Positions 27,107-39,684 of a DNA stretch of 64,000 nt are shown here, in pieces. How positions within the stretch are numbered: the stretch's first letter is position 1; each line of letters starts with the position of its first letter. A program made the translations under genes and the position numbers. Source of the stretch: Flavobacteriia bacterium (GTDB lineage: Bacteria > Bacteroidota > Bacteroidia > Flavobacteriales_D > Crocinitomicaceae); assembly GCA_009924735.1 (NCBI GenBank), contig RFQZ01000005.1, positions 25,533-89,532 on the forward strand, written 5' to 3'. The notes beneath the pieces are model-generated. The model was not told where the DNA came from and searched no databases. It saw nothing but the letters and a program-made list of their open reading frames with translations.

Positions 27107-28294
27107 ATGGCTAAGGAAAATTTCGATCGTTCGAAACCACACGTGAACATTGGAACCATTGGACACGTTGACCACGGTAAAACTACGCTAACTGCTGCAA
27201 TTTCCAGCGTATTAGCGTCAAAAGGATTGGCTCAAGTAAGAGACTTCTCCTCAATTGATAACGCCCCTGAAGAAAAGGAGCGTGGTATTACCATTAACAC
27301 ATCTCACATTGAGTATGAAACTGCAAACCGTCACTATGCGCACGTTGACTGTCCAGGTCACGCTGACTACGTGAAAAACATGGTAACAGGAGCTGCCCAA
27401 ATGGACGGAGCAATCCTTGTGGTTGCTGCTACCGATGGACCGATGCCTCAAACACGTGAGCACATCCTTTTGGGTCGCCAAGTAGGTGTTCCTAGAATGG
27501 TTGTATTCATGAACAAAGTGGATATGGTTGATGATGAGGAGCTTTTGGAATTGGTTGAAATGGAAATCCGTGAATTGTTGTCTTTCTACAAATATGATGG
27601 TGACAATGCTCCAGTAATTCAAGGTTCTGCCTTGGGTGCATTGAATGGAGAAGAGAAATGGGTTGCAACCGTTGAAGCGTTGATGGAAGCAGTAGATACA
27701 TACATCGAGTTACCTCCACGTGATGTTGATAAAGCGTTCTTAATGCCTATCGAAGACGTATTTACAATTACCGGTCGTGGTACTGTAGCAACAGGTCGTA
27801 TCGAAACAGGTGTTATCAACTCTGGTGAGACTGTAGACATCTTAGGAATGGGTGACCTTAAACTTTCTTCTACCGTAACTGGGGTTGAAATGTTCCGTAA
27901 AATCCTTGACCGCGGTGAAGCAGGTGACAACGTTGGTTTGTTGCTACGTGGTATTGAAAAAACACAAATTAAAAGAGGAATGGTTATCTGTAAACCAGGT
28001 TCAACTAAGCCTTACCATGAATTCAAAGCTGAAATCTACGTTTTGAAAAAAGAAGAAGGTGGACGTCATACGCCATTCCATAACAAATACCGTCCTCAAT
28101 TCTATTTCCGTACAACTGATGTTACCGGAGAGATTTTCTTGACAGATGGTCGTGAAATGGTTATGCCAGGTGACAACGTTACCATCAATGTTAAATTGAT
28201 CGTTCCTGTTGCAATGGACAAAGGACTTCGTTTTGCCATCCGTGAAGGAGGTAGAACCGTAGGTGCGGGTCAAGTAACTGAAATCATTGCTTAA
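27107..28294 (+). CDS. tuf: Elongation factor Tu
   Basis: [21 protein letters not shown], 395 aa. Confidence 0.98.
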   Translation: MAKENFDRSKPHVNIGTIGHVDHGKTTLTAAISSVLASKGLAQVRDFSSIDNAPEEKERGITINTSHIEYETANRHYAHVDCPGHADYVKNMVTGAAQMDGAILVVAATDGPMPQTREHILLGRQVGVPRMVVFMNKVDMVDDEELLELVEMEIRELLSFYKYDGDNAPVIQGSALGALNGEEKWVATVEALMEAVDTYIELPPRDVDKAFLMPIEDVFTITGRGTVATGRIETGVINSGETVDILGMGDLKLSSTVTGVEMFRKILDRGEAGDNVGLLLRGIEKTQIKRGMVICKPGSTKPYHEFKAEIYVLKKEEGGRHTPFHNKYRPQFYFRTTDVTGEIFLTDGREMVMPGDNVTINVKLIVPVAMDKGLRFAIREGGRTVGAGQVTEIIA

Positions 28295-28316
28295 TTGAGT
28301 TATTAAATAAGTTTAC

Positions 28317-28345
28317 AAAAGGGGAGTCAAATTGCTCCCCTTTTT
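28317..28345 (+). terminator. Rho-independent terminator after tuf
   Basis: AAAAGGGGAG-tcaaattg-CTCCCCTTTTT. Confidence 0.7.
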
Positions 28346-28347
28346 AA

Positions 28348-28420
28348 ACGGGTGTAGCTCAGCTGGTAGAGTGGTGGTCTCCAAAACCATTGGTCGTGGG
28401 TTCGAATCCTACCGCCCGTG
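28348..28420 (+). tRNA. tRNA-Trp (anticodon CCA)
   Basis: Acceptor ACGGGTG/CGCCCGT, anticodon loop CTCCAAA, T-arm GTGGG-TTCGAAT-CCTAC. Confidence 0.9.
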
Positions 28421-28439
28421 CAAATAAAATAAAAGTACT

Positions 28440-28655
28440 GTGTTTCATAAATTTAGAACCTACTTCTTGGAAACGTATTCGGAAATGTTGCACAATGTTA
28501 CGTGGCCAACATGGAAAGAATTACAAAACAATACAATCATTGTCTTGATATCCATCATCCTTTTCTCAGCAATGGTATTTGGAATGGATTTCACCTTTGG
28601 TATTACAGGTAAACAAGGCGATACTTGGAGAGGACTTCTCGGATTTATTTATTAA
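28440..28655 (+). CDS. secE: Preprotein translocase subunit SecE
   Basis: 71 aa, GTG start, E.....V.WP motif (EMLHNVTWPTWKEL) followed by a single TM. Conserved position before nusG. Confidence 0.85.
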   Translation: MFHKFRTYFLETYSEMLHNVTWPTWKELQNNTIIVLISIILFSAMVFGMDFTFGITGKQGDTWRGLLGFIY

Positions 28656-29221
28656 TGACAACAAAAGAAATGTCGGAAATTCCAAAAAGGTGGTATGTGG
28701 TTCGCGCAGTGAGCGGCAAGGAAAAAAAGGTAAAAGAACTTCTTGAGCTTGAAATTTCACGTCACAAACTCGATGAATATGTATCGCAAGTACTGATTCC
28801 TACCGAAAAAGTGTTTCAAATTAGAAATGGTAAAAAAGTAAACAAAGAAAGATCTTATTTACCTGGTTACGTTTTGATTGAAGCTGCTTTGATTGGAGAA
28901 GTTCCTCACATCATCAAAGGCATCACCAATGTGATTGGTTTCTTAGGCTCTGAAAAGGGTGGAGAACCCGTTCCAATGCGCTTGGCTGAGGTAAACAGAA
29001 TCCTTGGGAAAGTAGACGAGCTCGCCGAAAATGAAGAAGAGGTCAGAATCCCATTCGTAATAGGAGAAGGCGTAAAGGTAATCGATGGTCCTTTCAACAA
29101 CTTTACCGGTATAATCGATGAGATTAACGAGGATAAAAAGAAATTGAAAGTGATGGTTAAAATATTTGGTAGAAAAAACTTGCTTGAATTAAGCTACATG
29201 CAAGTGGAAAAAGAGGTTTAA
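28655..29221 (+). CDS. nusG: Transcription termination/antitermination factor NusG
   Basis: KRWYVVRAVSGKEKKV NGN start and a C-terminal KOW (GEGVKVIDGPFNNFTG). The start is ambiguous between 28655 (TAATG overlap with secE) and 28670. Confidence 0.9.
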   Translation: MTTKEMSEIPKRWYVVRAVSGKEKKVKELLELEISRHKLDEYVSQVLIPTEKVFQIRNGKKVNKERSYLPGYVLIEAALIGEVPHIIKGITNVIGFLGSEKGGEPVPMRLAEVNRILGKVDELAENEEEVRIPFVIGEGVKVIDGPFNNFTGIIDEINEDKKKLKVMVKIFGRKNLLELSYMQVEKEV

Positions 29222-29274
29222 GGATGTAATAACCGTAGGAGTAAGGAAATCGAAACAAGCTTCCCGATAGTACT

Positions 29275-29282
29275 TATGTTTG
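29275..29282 (+). promoter_or_regulatory. Bacteroidota -7 promoter box (TATGTTTG) ahead of rplK
   Basis: TAnnTTTG match 20 nt upstream of the ATG at 29303. Confidence 0.4.
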
Positions 29283-29302
29283 ACTACATAAAATGTGAAT
29301 AA

Positions 29303-29749
29303 ATGGCTAAAGAAGTAGTAGCTCTGATCAAATTACAGATCAAAGGCGGTGCAGCGAATCCCTCGCCACCCATCGGTCCGGCACTTGGTGCAAAAGGGGT
29401 AAACATCATGGAATTCTGTAAGCAGTTTAATGCCAGAACCCAAGATAAACCCGGAAAAGTGGTCCCAGTTGTGATCACTGTCTATGCAGACAAATCATTT
29501 GAATTCGTTTTAAAAACGCCCCCAGCTGCAGTGCAAATTGTAGAGCAAACGAAAATCAAGAAAGGTTCTTCTGAACCAAACAAATCCAAAGTTGGTGCCA
29601 TTTCGTGGGACCAGATTCGCTTAATTGCGGAGGATAAACTTCCTGATTTAAATTGCTTTACCGTTGACGCAGCCATGACCATGGTTGCTGGTACAGCACG
29701 AAGCATGGGTGTAGTTGTAAAAGGCGGTGAACCTCCAAAACTCAAATAA
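29303..29749 (+). CDS. rplK: 50S ribosomal protein L11
   Basis: [21 protein letters not shown], 148 aa. Confidence 0.97.
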   Translation: MAKEVVALIKLQIKGGAANPSPPIGPALGAKGVNIMEFCKQFNARTQDKPGKVVPVVITVYADKSFEFVLKTPPAAVQIVEQTKIKKGSSEPNKSKVGAISWDQIRLIAEDKLPDLNCFTVDAAMTMVAGTARSMGVVVKGGEPPKLK

Positions 29750-29758
29750 TCTAACGAC

Positions 29759-30454
29759 ATGAAAAGAATTTCAAAGAAAAGAAAGGAAGTCTTGTCTAAA
29801 GTAGATTTAGAGAAGGCATATTCGCTAAGCGACGCTTGCAATTTGGTGAAGTCAATTACAACTACCAAATTTGATGCGTCTGTTGATATCGCTGTGCGCC
29901 TAGGTGTAGATCCTCGTAAAGCCAATCAAATGGTAAGAGGTACCGTAGCCCTTCCGCATGGAACCGGTAAAGACATGAAAGTCCTCGTTTTGTGTACCCC
30001 AGACAAAGAAGCAGAAGCGACTGCGGCAGGTGCAGATTACGTTGGATTAGACGACTACATCGCCAAAATCAAAGGCGGTTGGACCGATGTCGATGTAATC
30101 ATTACGATGCCTAGCGTGATGGGTAAAGTAGGTGCCCTAGGTAGGATTTTAGGTCCACGTGGACTTATGCCCAACCCGAAAACAGGTACCGTTACGTTGG
30201 ATGTGGCTAAAGCAGTTCAAGAAGTAAAAGCAGGAAAAATTGATTTTAAAGTAGACAAGAATGGAATCGTTCATACGTCTGTTGGAAAAGTTAGCTTTGA
30301 AGGCTCGAAACTTCAAGAAAATGCAAGCGAGCTTATTCAAACGCTCCTTAAATTAAAGCCCTCCGCAGCGAAAGGAACCTACATCAAAAGTATTGCATTG
30401 AGCTCTACAATGAGTGCCGGAATTCAAATTGATACCAAATCCGTAACTGCTTAA
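29759..30454 (+). CDS. rplA: 50S ribosomal protein L1
   Basis: [24 protein letters not shown], 231 aa. Confidence 0.97.
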   Translation: MKRISKKRKEVLSKVDLEKAYSLSDACNLVKSITTTKFDASVDIAVRLGVDPRKANQMVRGTVALPHGTGKDMKVLVLCTPDKEAEATAAGADYVGLDDYIAKIKGGWTDVDVIITMPSVMGKVGALGRILGPRGLMPNPKTGTVTLDVAKAVQEVKAGKIDFKVDKNGIVHTSVGKVSFEGSKLQENASELIQTLLKLKPSAAKGTYIKSIALSSTMSAGIQIDTKSVTA

Positions 30455-30464
30455 TAATTTTAAA

Positions 30465-30989
30465 ATGACAAGAGAAGAAAAAGCAAAATACATCGAGGAT
30501 TTGGTCGCTGAATTATCTGCATCCAACATACTCTACTTGACAGATACTGCAGATCTAACGGTTGAATCAATCAACAACCTAAGAAGAAAATGCTATCAAT
30601 CAAACATTTCTTTGAAAGTAGTGAAAAACGCACTTCTTAAGAAAGCAATGGATCGTGTAGAAGGTAAGAATTATGGGGAATTGAAAAACCTTTTGAAAGG
30701 TTCTACCTCCATGATGATTAGCGAAGAAGCGAATGCACCCGCAAGATTGATTTCAGAATTTCGTAAGAAATCTCCAAAACCAATCCTAAAAGGTGCCTAC
30801 ATTGAAGAAGCAATTTTTGTAGGTGATAACCAACTATTGGCGCTTGAAACGCTCAAATCTAAAGAAGAATTGGTCGGAGAAATCGTTGGTTTGTTACAAA
30901 GCCCAATGAAAAATGTATTGTCAGGTCTTAAAGGCGCAGGTGGTAAAATAGCAGGGATCCTTAAAACCCTCGAAGAAAGAGAAAATTAA
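30465..30989 (+). CDS. rplJ: 50S ribosomal protein L10
   Basis: 174 aa. Position between rplA and rplL, with a typical L10 N-terminal region. Confidence 0.9.
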   Translation: MTREEKAKYIEDLVAELSASNILYLTDTADLTVESINNLRRKCYQSNISLKVVKNALLKKAMDRVEGKNYGELKNLLKGSTSMMISEEANAPARLISEFRKKSPKPILKGAYIEEAIFVGDNQLLALETLKSKEELVGEIVGLLQSPMKNVLSGLKGAGGKIAGILKTLEEREN

Positions 30990-31019
30990 TAGTTATAAAT
31001 CCTTTTAAAAACAAATAAA

Positions 31020-31400
31020 ATGGCTGAATTAAAGCAAATAGCGGAAACGTTGGTTAACTTAACCGTAAAAGAAGTAAATGAATTGGCAGCAATCCTTAAG
31101 GAAGAATATGGAATCGAACCTGCAGCTGCAGCAGCAGTTATGGTCGCTGGTGGTGGCGGTGGCGCTGAAGCAGAAGCTGTAGAAGAGCAAACAGAATTCG
31201 ACGTAATCTTGAAAGGTTGTGGACCAAACAAACTTGCAGTAGTTAAAATGGTAAAAGAACTTACTGGAAATGGCCTTAAAGAATCTAAAGATTTAGTTGA
31301 CGCTGCACCTTCTACCTTGAAAGAAGCAGTTTCTAAAGACGAAGCCGAAGCACTTAAGAAATCTCTTGAAGAGGTTGGAGCTGAGGTTGAGGTTAAGTAA
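31020..31400 (+). CDS. rplL: 50S ribosomal protein L7/L12
   Basis: Ala/Gly hinge, then the C-terminal domain [24 protein letters not shown]. Confidence 0.97.
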   Translation: MAELKQIAETLVNLTVKEVNELAAILKEEYGIEPAAAAAVMVAGGGGGAEAEAVEEQTEFDVILKGCGPNKLAVVKMVKELTGNGLKESKDLVDAAPSTLKEAVSKDEAEALKKSLEEVGAEVEVK

Positions 31401-31417
31401 TTAATCCATGGTTTTGC

Positions 31418-31453
31418 AGGACAGGCAATCGATTTATTCGGATGCCTTGTCCT
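31418..31453 (+). terminator. Hairpin (candidate partial terminator/attenuator) between rplL and rpoB
   Basis: AGGACAGGCA-n15-TGCCTTGTCCT (10-bp stem with one bulged T) followed by GTTTAT. No -7 box was seen before rpoB. Confidence 0.45.
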
Positions 31454-31497
31454 GTTTATAGTACGTCCTTTTATTAATTTCAATTAAAATATTCGCC

Positions 31498-34400
31498 TTG
31501 GCAACAAAAACGAATTCAAACCGAATAAACTTCGCATCAAGCAAAAATTTCTTTGAATATCCAGATTTCTTGGAAATTCAATTAAAATCCTTTCGAGAGT
31601 TTTTTCAATTGGAAACAACTCCAGAAAACAGGGAAAGTGAAGGACTCTTTAAAGTGTTCGCTGAAAACTTCCCGATAACGGATACCAGAAACCAGTTCGT
31701 TTTAGAGTTTCTTGATTATTTCATTGATCCCCCTCGTTATTCCATAGAAGAATGTATCGAAAGAGGACTTACGTATAGTGTTCCCCTAAAGGCAAAATTG
31801 AAATTGTATTGTACCGATCCGGAACATGAAGATTTCGAAACCATCGTTCAAGATGTTTACTTAGGCACCATTCCTTACATGACACCGAAAGGTTCCTTCG
31901 TTGTAAACGGAGCTGAACGCGTAATCGTTTCTCAATTACACCGCTCACCAGGGGTGTTCTTTGGACAATCTCGCCATGCAAATGGAACAAAATTATATTC
32001 AGCAAGAATCATCCCTTTCAAAGGTTCTTGGATTGAATTTGCTACCGACATTAACAGCATCATGTATGCTTACATTGATAGAAAGAAAAAATTACCCCTT
32101 ACCACCCTTTTCAGGGCAATGGGCTTTGAGACCGACCGCGACATCCTTGAAATCTTTGGCCTTGCAGATGAAGTCAAAATTACCAAAGCAATCCTTAAAA
32201 AATTGGTTGGACGTAGGTTGGCAGCGAGGGTTCTTAAAACCTGGATTGAAGATTTCGTAGATGAAGATACTGGAGAAGTAGTTTCAATTGAAAGAAATGA
32301 GGTTGTTCTTGACCGTGAACTTCTTATCGAAGAAAAACACCTTGAAGACATCCTGAATTCAGGGGCAAAATCAATCATCTTGCACAAAGAAAATGCAAAT
32401 GCCATTGATTATACCATTATCTATAACACCCTTCAAAAAGATGCAACCAATTCTGAAAAAGAAGCAATTGAGTACATCTACCGACAATTACGAAACGCAG
32501 ATCCACCAGATTTCGAAACCGCAAAAGGTGTTTTCGAAAAATTATTCTTCTCGGATACACGCTATGATCTTGGTGAAGTAGGACGTTTTAGGTTAAATAA
32601 AAAACTTAAAATAAATGCAGAAGAAACATCAAGGGTACTTACAAAACAAGACATCATTGAAATTGTAAAATACCTAATTGAATTGATCAACTCCAAAGCG
32701 GATGTGGATGACATCGATCACCTTTCCAACCGTCGCGTTAGAACCGTTGGTGAACAATTGTACGCGCAATTCGGAGTAGGTCTTGCCAGAATGGCTCGTA
32801 CCATTCGTGAAAGAATGAACGTGAGAGACAATGAGGTATTTACCCCTATTGACTTAATCAACGCGAAAACCTTGAGCTCAGTTATCAATTCCTTCTTTGG
32901 AACCAATCAACTTTCTCAGTTCATGGACCAAACCAATCCTTTGTCAGAAGTTACGCACAAACGTAGACTTTCAGCACTAGGGCCTGGCGGTTTATCTCGT
33001 GAAAGAGCAGGATTTGAGGTAAGGGACGTTCACTACACCCACTACGGTAGGTTGTGTACCATTGAAACGCCAGAAGGTCCAAACATTGGTCTGATTTCTT
33101 CACTTTGCGTTTTCGCCAAAGTAAATAAATTAGGTTTCATCGAAACCCCATATCGTAAAGTTGACAATGGTAAAGTTGTACTTACAGAAGAGCCATTGTA
33201 CCTAGCCGCTGAAGAAGAAGATGGAAAAACCATCGCTCAAGCGAATGCAATTGTGGATGACAAAGGAAATTTCTTATCCGATGTTGTTAAAGCAAGGTAT
33301 GAAGGAGATTTCCCAGTGGTGAAACCAAAAGACCTTACCCTTATGGACGTTGGAGCCAACCAAATCGCATCGATTGCGGCTTCCTCCATTCCATTCCTAG
33401 AACATGATGATGCCAACCGTGCCCTGATGGGATCTAACATGCAACGTCAAGCTGTACCTTTGATCAAACCAAGTTCGCCGATTGTCGGTACCGGGATTGA
33501 AGAATTGGTGGCAAGAGACTCTCGTGTGTTGGTGAACGCTGAAGGACCCGGTGTGGTTGAATACGTTGATGCCAATGAAATCATTATTCGCTACGATTGG
33601 AACGATGAAGATAAATTGGTTTCCTTCGACAGTGAAGTAAAAAAATACAACCTGACCAAGTTTGCCAAAACAAACCAAAGTACCTGTATGAACCTTAAAC
33701 CGATTGTCCAAAAAGGAGATCGCGTGGCGAAAGACCAAGTACTTTGTGAAGGATATGCTACCCAAAAAGGGGAGTTGGCACTCGGACAAAACATGAAAGT
33801 AGCTTTCATGCCTTGGAAAGGTTACAACTTTGAGGATGCCATCGTAATCTCTGAAAAAGTGGTTCGAAATGACATCTTTACCTCGATTCATATTGATGAG
33901 TATTCTTTGGAAGTACGTGATACAAAAAGAGGAATGGAAGAGCTTACCTCTGACATTCCAAATGTGAGCGAAGAAGCAACCAAGGACCTAGATGAAAATG
34001 GATTGATTCGCATCGGCGCTGAGATTAAAGAAGGAGACATCCTGATTGGAAAAATTACGCCTAAAGGTGAAACCGATCCATCCCCAGAGGAAAAATTATT
34101 ACGTGCAATATTTGGAGACAAAGCTGGAGATGTGAAAGATGCTTCCCTAAAAGCTGGACCTTCACTTCGAGGTGTGGTAATCAACAAAAAACTTTTCTCT
34201 CGTGCTGTTAAAGACCGTAAAACCAAAAGCCAAGACAAACCAATTTTGGAAATCTTGGATGCGGAATTTCAAAAAGAACACAACGAGCTAAAAGAAAAAT
34301 TGGCCGAAAAATTATTGACCATCATCGGAGAGAACAAATCCTCAGGTGTATTCAATAACTTTAAGGAAGAACTGATCAAAAAAGGAACTAAGTTTTCTAC

Positions 34401-35307
34401 CAAAGTGCTCATGGCATTGGATTATACCATAATCAATCCTTTGAATTGGACCTCTGATGAGAAAATCAACCAAATGATCAGCCGCGTGATCCATAATTTC
34501 AGCATCAAATCAAACGACCTCTTTGGAAATTACAAACGTAAAAAATTCCATATTTCTGTAGGAGACGAACTTCCAGCAGGAATTGTGAAACTTGCAAAAG
34601 TGTATGTTGCCAAAAAACGAAAACTGAAAGTTGGAGATAAAATGGCGGGACGACATGGTAACAAAGGAATCGTAGCGAACATAGTTCGTCAAGAAGATAT
34701 GCCTTTCTTGGAAGATGGAACCCCAGTCGACATCGTATTGAATCCGTTGGGTGTACCTTCACGTATGAACTTAGGGCAGATTTACGAAACCGTTCTTGGT
34801 TGGGCAGGTGAAAAATTAGGAATCAAGTTTGCAACGCCGATTTTTGATGGTGCCAGCCCTGCTGAAATTGATGAATGGACTGTAAAAGCAGGTGTTCCAA
34901 AATCTGGTAAAACCTATCTGTATGACGGTGGTACCGGTGAACGTTTTCACCAACCAGCTACCGTTGGAATCATCTATATGTTGAAACTTTCTCACATGGT
35001 AGATGATAAAATGCACGCCAGATCCATCGGACCATACTCATTGATTACACAACAACCTTTGGGTGGTAAAGCCCAATTTGGAGGTCAAAGATTTGGTGAG
35101 ATGGAGGTTTGGGCAATTGAAGCATTTGGTGCTGCGAATATCCTACAAGAATTACTTACCGTTAAATCCGATGATGTTATCGGTAGAGCAAAAGCGTATG
35201 AAGCAATTGTGAAAGGTGATGTTATTCCTGAACCAGGTATCCCAGAATCATTCAATGTATTGTTGCATGAGTTGCGCGGATTGTGTTTGAACGTGTCCTT
35301 AGATTAA
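31498..35307 (+). CDS. rpoB: DNA-directed RNA polymerase subunit beta
   Basis: 1269 aa with a TTG start. Motifs [29 protein letters not shown]. Confidence 0.98.
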   Translation: MATKTNSNRINFASSKNFFEYPDFLEIQLKSFREFFQLETTPENRESEGLFKVFAENFPITDTRNQFVLEFLDYFIDPPRYSIEECIERGLTYSVPLKAKLKLYCTDPEHEDFETIVQDVYLGTIPYMTPKGSFVVNGAERVIVSQLHRSPGVFFGQSRHANGTKLYSARIIPFKGSWIEFATDINSIMYAYIDRKKKLPLTTLFRAMGFETDRDILEIFGLADEVKITKAILKKLVGRRLAARVLKTWIEDFVDEDTGEVVSIERNEVVLDRELLIEEKHLEDILNSGAKSIILHKENANAIDYTIIYNTLQKDATNSEKEAIEYIYRQLRNADPPDFETAKGVFEKLFFSDTRYDLGEVGRFRLNKKLKINAEETSRVLTKQDIIEIVKYLIELINSKADVDDIDHLSNRRVRTVGEQLYAQFGVGLARMARTIRERMNVRDNEVFTPIDLINAKTLSSVINSFFGTNQLSQFMDQTNPLSEVTHKRRLSALGPGGLSRERAGFEVRDVHYTHYGRLCTIETPEGPNIGLISSLCVFAKVNKLGFIETPYRKVDNGKVVLTEEPLYLAAEEEDGKTIAQANAIVDDKGNFLSDVVKARYEGDFPVVKPKDLTLMDVGANQIASIAASSIPFLEHDDANRALMGSNMQRQAVPLIKPSSPIVGTGIEELVARDSRVLVNAEGPGVVEYVDANEIIIRYDWNDEDKLVSFDSEVKKYNLTKFAKTNQSTCMNLKPIVQKGDRVAKDQVLCEGYATQKGELALGQNMKVAFMPWKGYNFEDAIVISEKVVRNDIFTSIHIDEYSLEVRDTKRGMEELTSDIPNVSEEATKDLDENGLIRIGAEIKEGDILIGKITPKGETDPSPEEKLLRAIFGDKAGDVKDASLKAGPSLRGVVINKKLFSRAVKDRKTKSQDKPILEILDAEFQKEHNELKEKLAEKLLTIIGENKSSGVFNNFKEELIKKGTKFSTKVLMALDYTIINPLNWTSDEKINQMISRVIHNFSIKSNDLFGNYKRKKFHISVGDELPAGIVKLAKVYVAKKRKLKVGDKMAGRHGNKGIVANIVRQEDMPFLEDGTPVDIVLNPLGVPSRMNLGQIYETVLGWAGEKLGIKFATPIFDGASPAEIDEWTVKAGVPKSGKTYLYDGGTGERFHQPATVGIIYMLKLSHMVDDKMHARSIGPYSLITQQPLGGKAQFGGQRFGEMEVWAIEAFGAANILQELLTVKSDDVIGRAKAYEAIVKGDVIPEPGIPESFNVLLHELRGLCLNVSLD

Positions 35308-35335
35308 TTGATTAATTAGATTTTAAGCAATAAAA

Positions 35336-38300
35336 ATGGCTTTGAAAAAAGAAACCCCAAAAAAACAAAATAGCTTTAGTAAAATAACCATTTCTTTGGC
35401 CTCACCAGAGATTATTCTAGAGCACTCAAGTGGTGAAGTACTTAAACCGGAAACCATTAACTACAGAACTTACAAGCCGGAACGAGATGGTTTGTTTTGT
35501 GAACGTATTTTTGGACCCGTTAAAGATTATGAATGCCACTGTGGTAAATACAAACGCATTCGATACAAAGGAATCGTTTGTGACCGTTGTGGGGTAGAAG
35601 TTACCGAGAAAAAAGTGCGAAGAGAACGAACAGGACATATTTCCTTGGTTGTTCCTGTGGCTCATATTTGGTATTTCCGCTCGCTTCCAAACAAAATTGG
35701 TTACCTCCTTGGAATGCCTACCAAAAAGTTAGATCAAATCATCTATTATGAGCGTTATGTGGTAATCCAAGCCGGTATGACTACCGAAATGGAAGGCCTT
35801 GCGCTTAAGAAATTTGACTTCTTGACGGAAGAAGAATACCTAGATATTATTGAGAATCCTGCTTTGAAAGACAACCATTTCTTAGACGATACAGATCCCA
35901 ATAAATTCATTGCCAAAATGGGCGCTGAAGCATTATATGATTTGCTTAAGAGCATGGATCTAGAATCTATGTCTCACCAATTGCGCGCTTCTGCGGAAGA
36001 TGAAACCTCTGTACAACGTAAAAATGAAGCCCTCAAAAGACTTCAAGTTGTGGAAGCAATGCGTGATTCTCAAAAAAGAATTGACAACCGTCCTGAATGG
36101 ATGATTGTGAAAGTTGTACCTGTGATTCCACCTGAATTGCGTCCTTTGGTTCCCTTAGATGGTGGTCGTTTCGCAACTTCGGATTTGAATGACCTTTACC
36201 GTCGTGTAATCATTCGTAACAATCGACTTAAAAGATTGATCGAGATCAAAGCACCTGAAGTGATCCTAAGAAACGAAAAAAGGATGCTTCAAGAATCGGT
36301 AGATTCACTTTTTGACAATTCAAGAAAATCCAGTGCGGTTAAGACAGAGTCCAACCGTGCCCTTAAATCTCTTTCTGATTCATTAAAAGGAAAACAAGGT
36401 CGTTTCCGTCAAAACCTACTCGGTAAAAGGGTGGATTATTCAGCACGTTCTGTAATTGTCGTGGGTCCTGATTTGAAACTTCACGAATGTGGGCTTCCCA
36501 AAAATATGGCTGCGGAACTTTACAAACCGTTTATCATCCGTAAAATGATTGAACGTGGCATCGTGAAAACAGTGAAATCTGCAAAGAAAATTGTAGACAG
36601 AAAAGAACCAGTGGTTTGGGACATCCTTGAAAATGTATTAAAAGGCCACCCTGTATTGCTAAACCGTGCACCAACACTTCACCGTTTGGGAATCCAAGCT
36701 TTTCAACCGAAATTAATCGAAGGAAAAGCCATTCGTTTACACCCTTTGGTAACGACCGCATTCAACGCCGACTTTGACGGTGACCAAATGGCGGTTCACT
36801 TACCCCTTGGAAATGCAGCCATCCTTGAGGCTCAAATGTTGATGCTTGCATCGCACAATATCCTTAACCCTGCAAATGGTGCTCCGATTGCCGTTCCTTC
36901 CCAGGATATGGTTTTGGGTCTGTATTACATGACCAAAGGAAAGGTATCTACTGAGGATGATGTTGTGAAAGGACAAGATGGTATTTTCTATTCTCCAAAA
37001 GAAGTTATCATTGCCTTAAACGAACGAAAACTAGACCTTCACGCAAGAATCAAAGTAAAATCCTATGATCTTGATGAACAAGGGGTTCCTGTACTCAAAT
37101 TGATTGAAACCACCTGTGGTCGTGTTCTTTTCAATGAAAAAGTGCCTAGAGAAGTTGGTTTTATCAATGATGTACTAACCAAAAAAGCGTTGCGTGACAT
37201 CATTGGGGAAGTATTGAAAGTTTCAGGAACTTCCAGAACGGCACAATTCCTTGACGACATCAAATCCTTAGGATATGACATGGCGTTCAAAGGAGGATTA
37301 TCGTTTAACCTGGATGACATTATCATCCCGAAAGAAAAAGAAGCCTTGGTTTCTAAAGCCTCTACCGATGTAAAAGAAGTAATGGCTAATTATAACATGG
37401 GATTGATCACCAACAATGAGCGTTACAACCAAATCATCGACATCTGGACACATACCAACTCAAGGTTGACACATACCTTAATGGAACAGTTAAAATCAGA
37501 CCGTCAAGGGTTTAACTCCATCTACATGATGTTTGATTCTGGTGCAAGGGGTTCGAAAGAACAAATTCGCCAGCTCTCAGGAATGAGGGGTTTGATGGCA
37601 AAACCACAAAAATCAGGAGCTTCGGTTCAAGAAATCATTGAAAATCCAATCCTTGCAAACTTTAAAGAAGGTCTTTCCATCTTGGAGTACTTTATCTCTA
37701 CCCACGGTGCACGTAAAGGATTAGCCGATACCGCCTTGAAAACAGCGGATGCAGGTTACCTAACGCGTCGATTGGTGGATGTTGCACAAGATGTTGTCAT
37801 CAATTCAGAAGACTGTGGTACCCTAAGAGGTATCGTTGCAACTTCATTGAAGAAAAACGATGAGATTGTAGAACCTTTGTACGATAGAATCCTTGGTAGG
37901 ACTTCTGTTCATGACATTTATTTCCCTGAATCGGATCAGTTACTTGCCTACAGTGGTGATTTAATTTCTGAAGACATTGCGAAATCAATTGAAAAAGCAG
38001 GAATTGAAGAAGTAGAAATTCGTTCTGTACTTACGTGTGAAATGCGCAAAGGTGTTTGTTCTAAATGTTATGGAAGAAACCTTGCTACCCACAGGGTGGC
38101 TCAAATTGGAGATGCTGTAGGTGTAATTGCCGCACAATCCATTGGAGAACCAGGAACACAGCTTACCCTTCGTACCTTCCACGTTGGGGGTACCGCATCA
38201 AACATTGCAGACATTTCTGACATCAAAGCAAAAGCCTCTGGAAGATTGGAAATTGAAGAATTGCGAACCATTGAAAAGAAAAATCCGGACGGATCTCCTA

Positions 38301-39634
38301 AAGTTATTGTGGTGGGACGTTCTGCAGAATTGAGAATCATCGATGAAAAAACCGGAATTATTGTAATGAATGCAAACATTCCTTACGGTTCTGATTTAAT
38401 GGTGGTTACCAATACTAAAATCAAGAAAGGCGATGTAATCTGTAAGTGGGATCCATACAATGCCCTAATCATCACTGAGGTGAAAGGGAAAGTTGTTTTC
38501 GATAACATCATTGAAGGCATTACCTTCCGTGAGGAGATGGATGAGCAAACAGGATTTACCGAAAAAGTAACGATTGAAACAAGAGACAAGAAAAGAAGTC
38601 CCGCGATTCATATCATAGATGCTAAAACCAAAGAAATTCTTAGGGAATACTCACTTCCTGTAAATGCTCACATTTCTGTTAACGAAGGTGATGTGGTTGA
38701 TGCAGGGGTTACCTTGGTTAAAATCCCAAGATTGGCAGGTAAAACGGGTGACATCACAGGTGGACTTCCAAGGGTTACTGAGCTTTTTGAAGCAAGAAAT
38801 CCATCCAATCCAGCGGTAGTTTCTGAAATTGATGGAACAGCAACCTATGGTAACATCAAACGTGGAAACAGAGAAATACTTATTACTTCTAAATTGGGAG
38901 AAGTTCGTAAATACCTTGTTCCACTTTCTAAACACATCTTGGTACAACAAAATGACTTCGTTCGGGCAGGACAACCTTTATCCGATGGTGCCATTACACC
39001 AAATGACATCCTTAACATTGAAGGACCGACCAAAGTACAGGAGTACATTGTGAATGAAATTCAAGAGGTATACCGTTTACAAGGTGTGAAAATTAATGAC
39101 AAACATTTCGAGGTTATTGTACGCCAAATGATGCTTAAAGCAGAAATCATTGACTCTGGGGACACAAGGTTCTTGGAAGGTCAATCTGTGCACAAAGCGG
39201 ACATTATGGAAGCAAATGATAAATTGTACGGATTGATGTTGGTGCGTGATGCAGGCGACTCTACCGAAGTTGAAAAAGGACAAATGATTTCTGTACGTAA
39301 ATTACGTGATGAAAACTCTAGGTTGAAACGTGAAGATAAAAAATTGATCGAAGGAAGGGAAGCCGTTCCTGCTACCTCAACTCCTTTGCTTCAAGGTATT
39401 ACCAGAGCGTCCCTACAAACGCAATCATTTATCTCTGCAGCATCTTTCCAAGAAACAACCAAAGTATTAAACGAGGCTGCCATTTCTGGAAAAGAAGATC
39501 ACTTATTGGGATTGAAAGAAAATGTAATCGTAGGACACCTTATTCCGGCTGGAACAGGCGTACGTCATTTCCAAAACATGATTGTTGGCTCGCAAGAGGT
39601 GTATGACAAACTTGTTGAAGAGAACGAAGCGTAA
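35336..39634 (+). CDS. rpoC: DNA-directed RNA polymerase subunit beta'
   Basis: 1432 aa. Zn-finger [20 protein letters not shown] and the catalytic NADFDGDQM motif. Confidence 0.98.
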   Translation: MALKKETPKKQNSFSKITISLASPEIILEHSSGEVLKPETINYRTYKPERDGLFCERIFGPVKDYECHCGKYKRIRYKGIVCDRCGVEVTEKKVRRERTGHISLVVPVAHIWYFRSLPNKIGYLLGMPTKKLDQIIYYERYVVIQAGMTTEMEGLALKKFDFLTEEEYLDIIENPALKDNHFLDDTDPNKFIAKMGAEALYDLLKSMDLESMSHQLRASAEDETSVQRKNEALKRLQVVEAMRDSQKRIDNRPEWMIVKVVPVIPPELRPLVPLDGGRFATSDLNDLYRRVIIRNNRLKRLIEIKAPEVILRNEKRMLQESVDSLFDNSRKSSAVKTESNRALKSLSDSLKGKQGRFRQNLLGKRVDYSARSVIVVGPDLKLHECGLPKNMAAELYKPFIIRKMIERGIVKTVKSAKKIVDRKEPVVWDILENVLKGHPVLLNRAPTLHRLGIQAFQPKLIEGKAIRLHPLVTTAFNADFDGDQMAVHLPLGNAAILEAQMLMLASHNILNPANGAPIAVPSQDMVLGLYYMTKGKVSTEDDVVKGQDGIFYSPKEVIIALNERKLDLHARIKVKSYDLDEQGVPVLKLIETTCGRVLFNEKVPREVGFINDVLTKKALRDIIGEVLKVSGTSRTAQFLDDIKSLGYDMAFKGGLSFNLDDIIIPKEKEALVSKASTDVKEVMANYNMGLITNNERYNQIIDIWTHTNSRLTHTLMEQLKSDRQGFNSIYMMFDSGARGSKEQIRQLSGMRGLMAKPQKSGASVQEIIENPILANFKEGLSILEYFISTHGARKGLADTALKTADAGYLTRRLVDVAQDVVINSEDCGTLRGIVATSLKKNDEIVEPLYDRILGRTSVHDIYFPESDQLLAYSGDLISEDIAKSIEKAGIEEVEIRSVLTCEMRKGVCSKCYGRNLATHRVAQIGDAVGVIAAQSIGEPGTQLTLRTFHVGGTASNIADISDIKAKASGRLEIEELRTIEKKNPDGSPKVIVVGRSAELRIIDEKTGIIVMNANIPYGSDLMVVTNTKIKKGDVICKWDPYNALIITEVKGKVVFDNIIEGITFREEMDEQTGFTEKVTIETRDKKRSPAIHIIDAKTKEILREYSLPVNAHISVNEGDVVDAGVTLVKIPRLAGKTGDITGGLPRVTELFEARNPSNPAVVSEIDGTATYGNIKRGNREILITSKLGEVRKYLVPLSKHILVQQNDFVRAGQPLSDGAITPNDILNIEGPTKVQEYIVNEIQEVYRLQGVKINDKHFEVIVRQMMLKAEIIDSGDTRFLEGQSVHKADIMEANDKLYGLMLVRDAGDSTEVEKGQMISVRKLRDENSRLKREDKKLIEGREAVPATSTPLLQGITRASLQTQSFISAASFQETTKVLNEAAISGKEDHLLGLKENVIVGHLIPAGTGVRHFQNMIVGSQEVYDKLVEENEA

Positions 39635-39656
39635 CCTAAAGACCAAATTCTAATTT

Positions 39657-39684
39657 AAATCCCGCAGTTGCTGCGGGATTTTTT
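39657..39684. terminator. Bidirectional rho-independent terminator (rpoC / recG)
   Basis: AAATCCCGCAG-ttg-CTGCGGGATTTTTTT, with an A-tract on the left and a T-tract on the right. It abuts the recG stop codon. Confidence 0.8.

Noticed and set aside
29222-29302. Possible L1/L11 autoregulatory leader upstream of rplK, and an L10 leader upstream of rplJ (30455-30464)
   Set aside because: I could not fold a convincing rRNA-mimic structure by eye in the 81-nt rplK leader. The rplA-rplJ spacer is only 10 nt, too short for an L10 leader. A covariance-model search (Rfam) would be needed.
30986-31483. 165-aa minus-strand ORF antisense to rplL
   Set aside because: Its Ala/Ser-rich translation is the mirror of the L7/L12 hinge and C-terminal domain. 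The rplL reading is unambiguous and there is no independent promoter or context.
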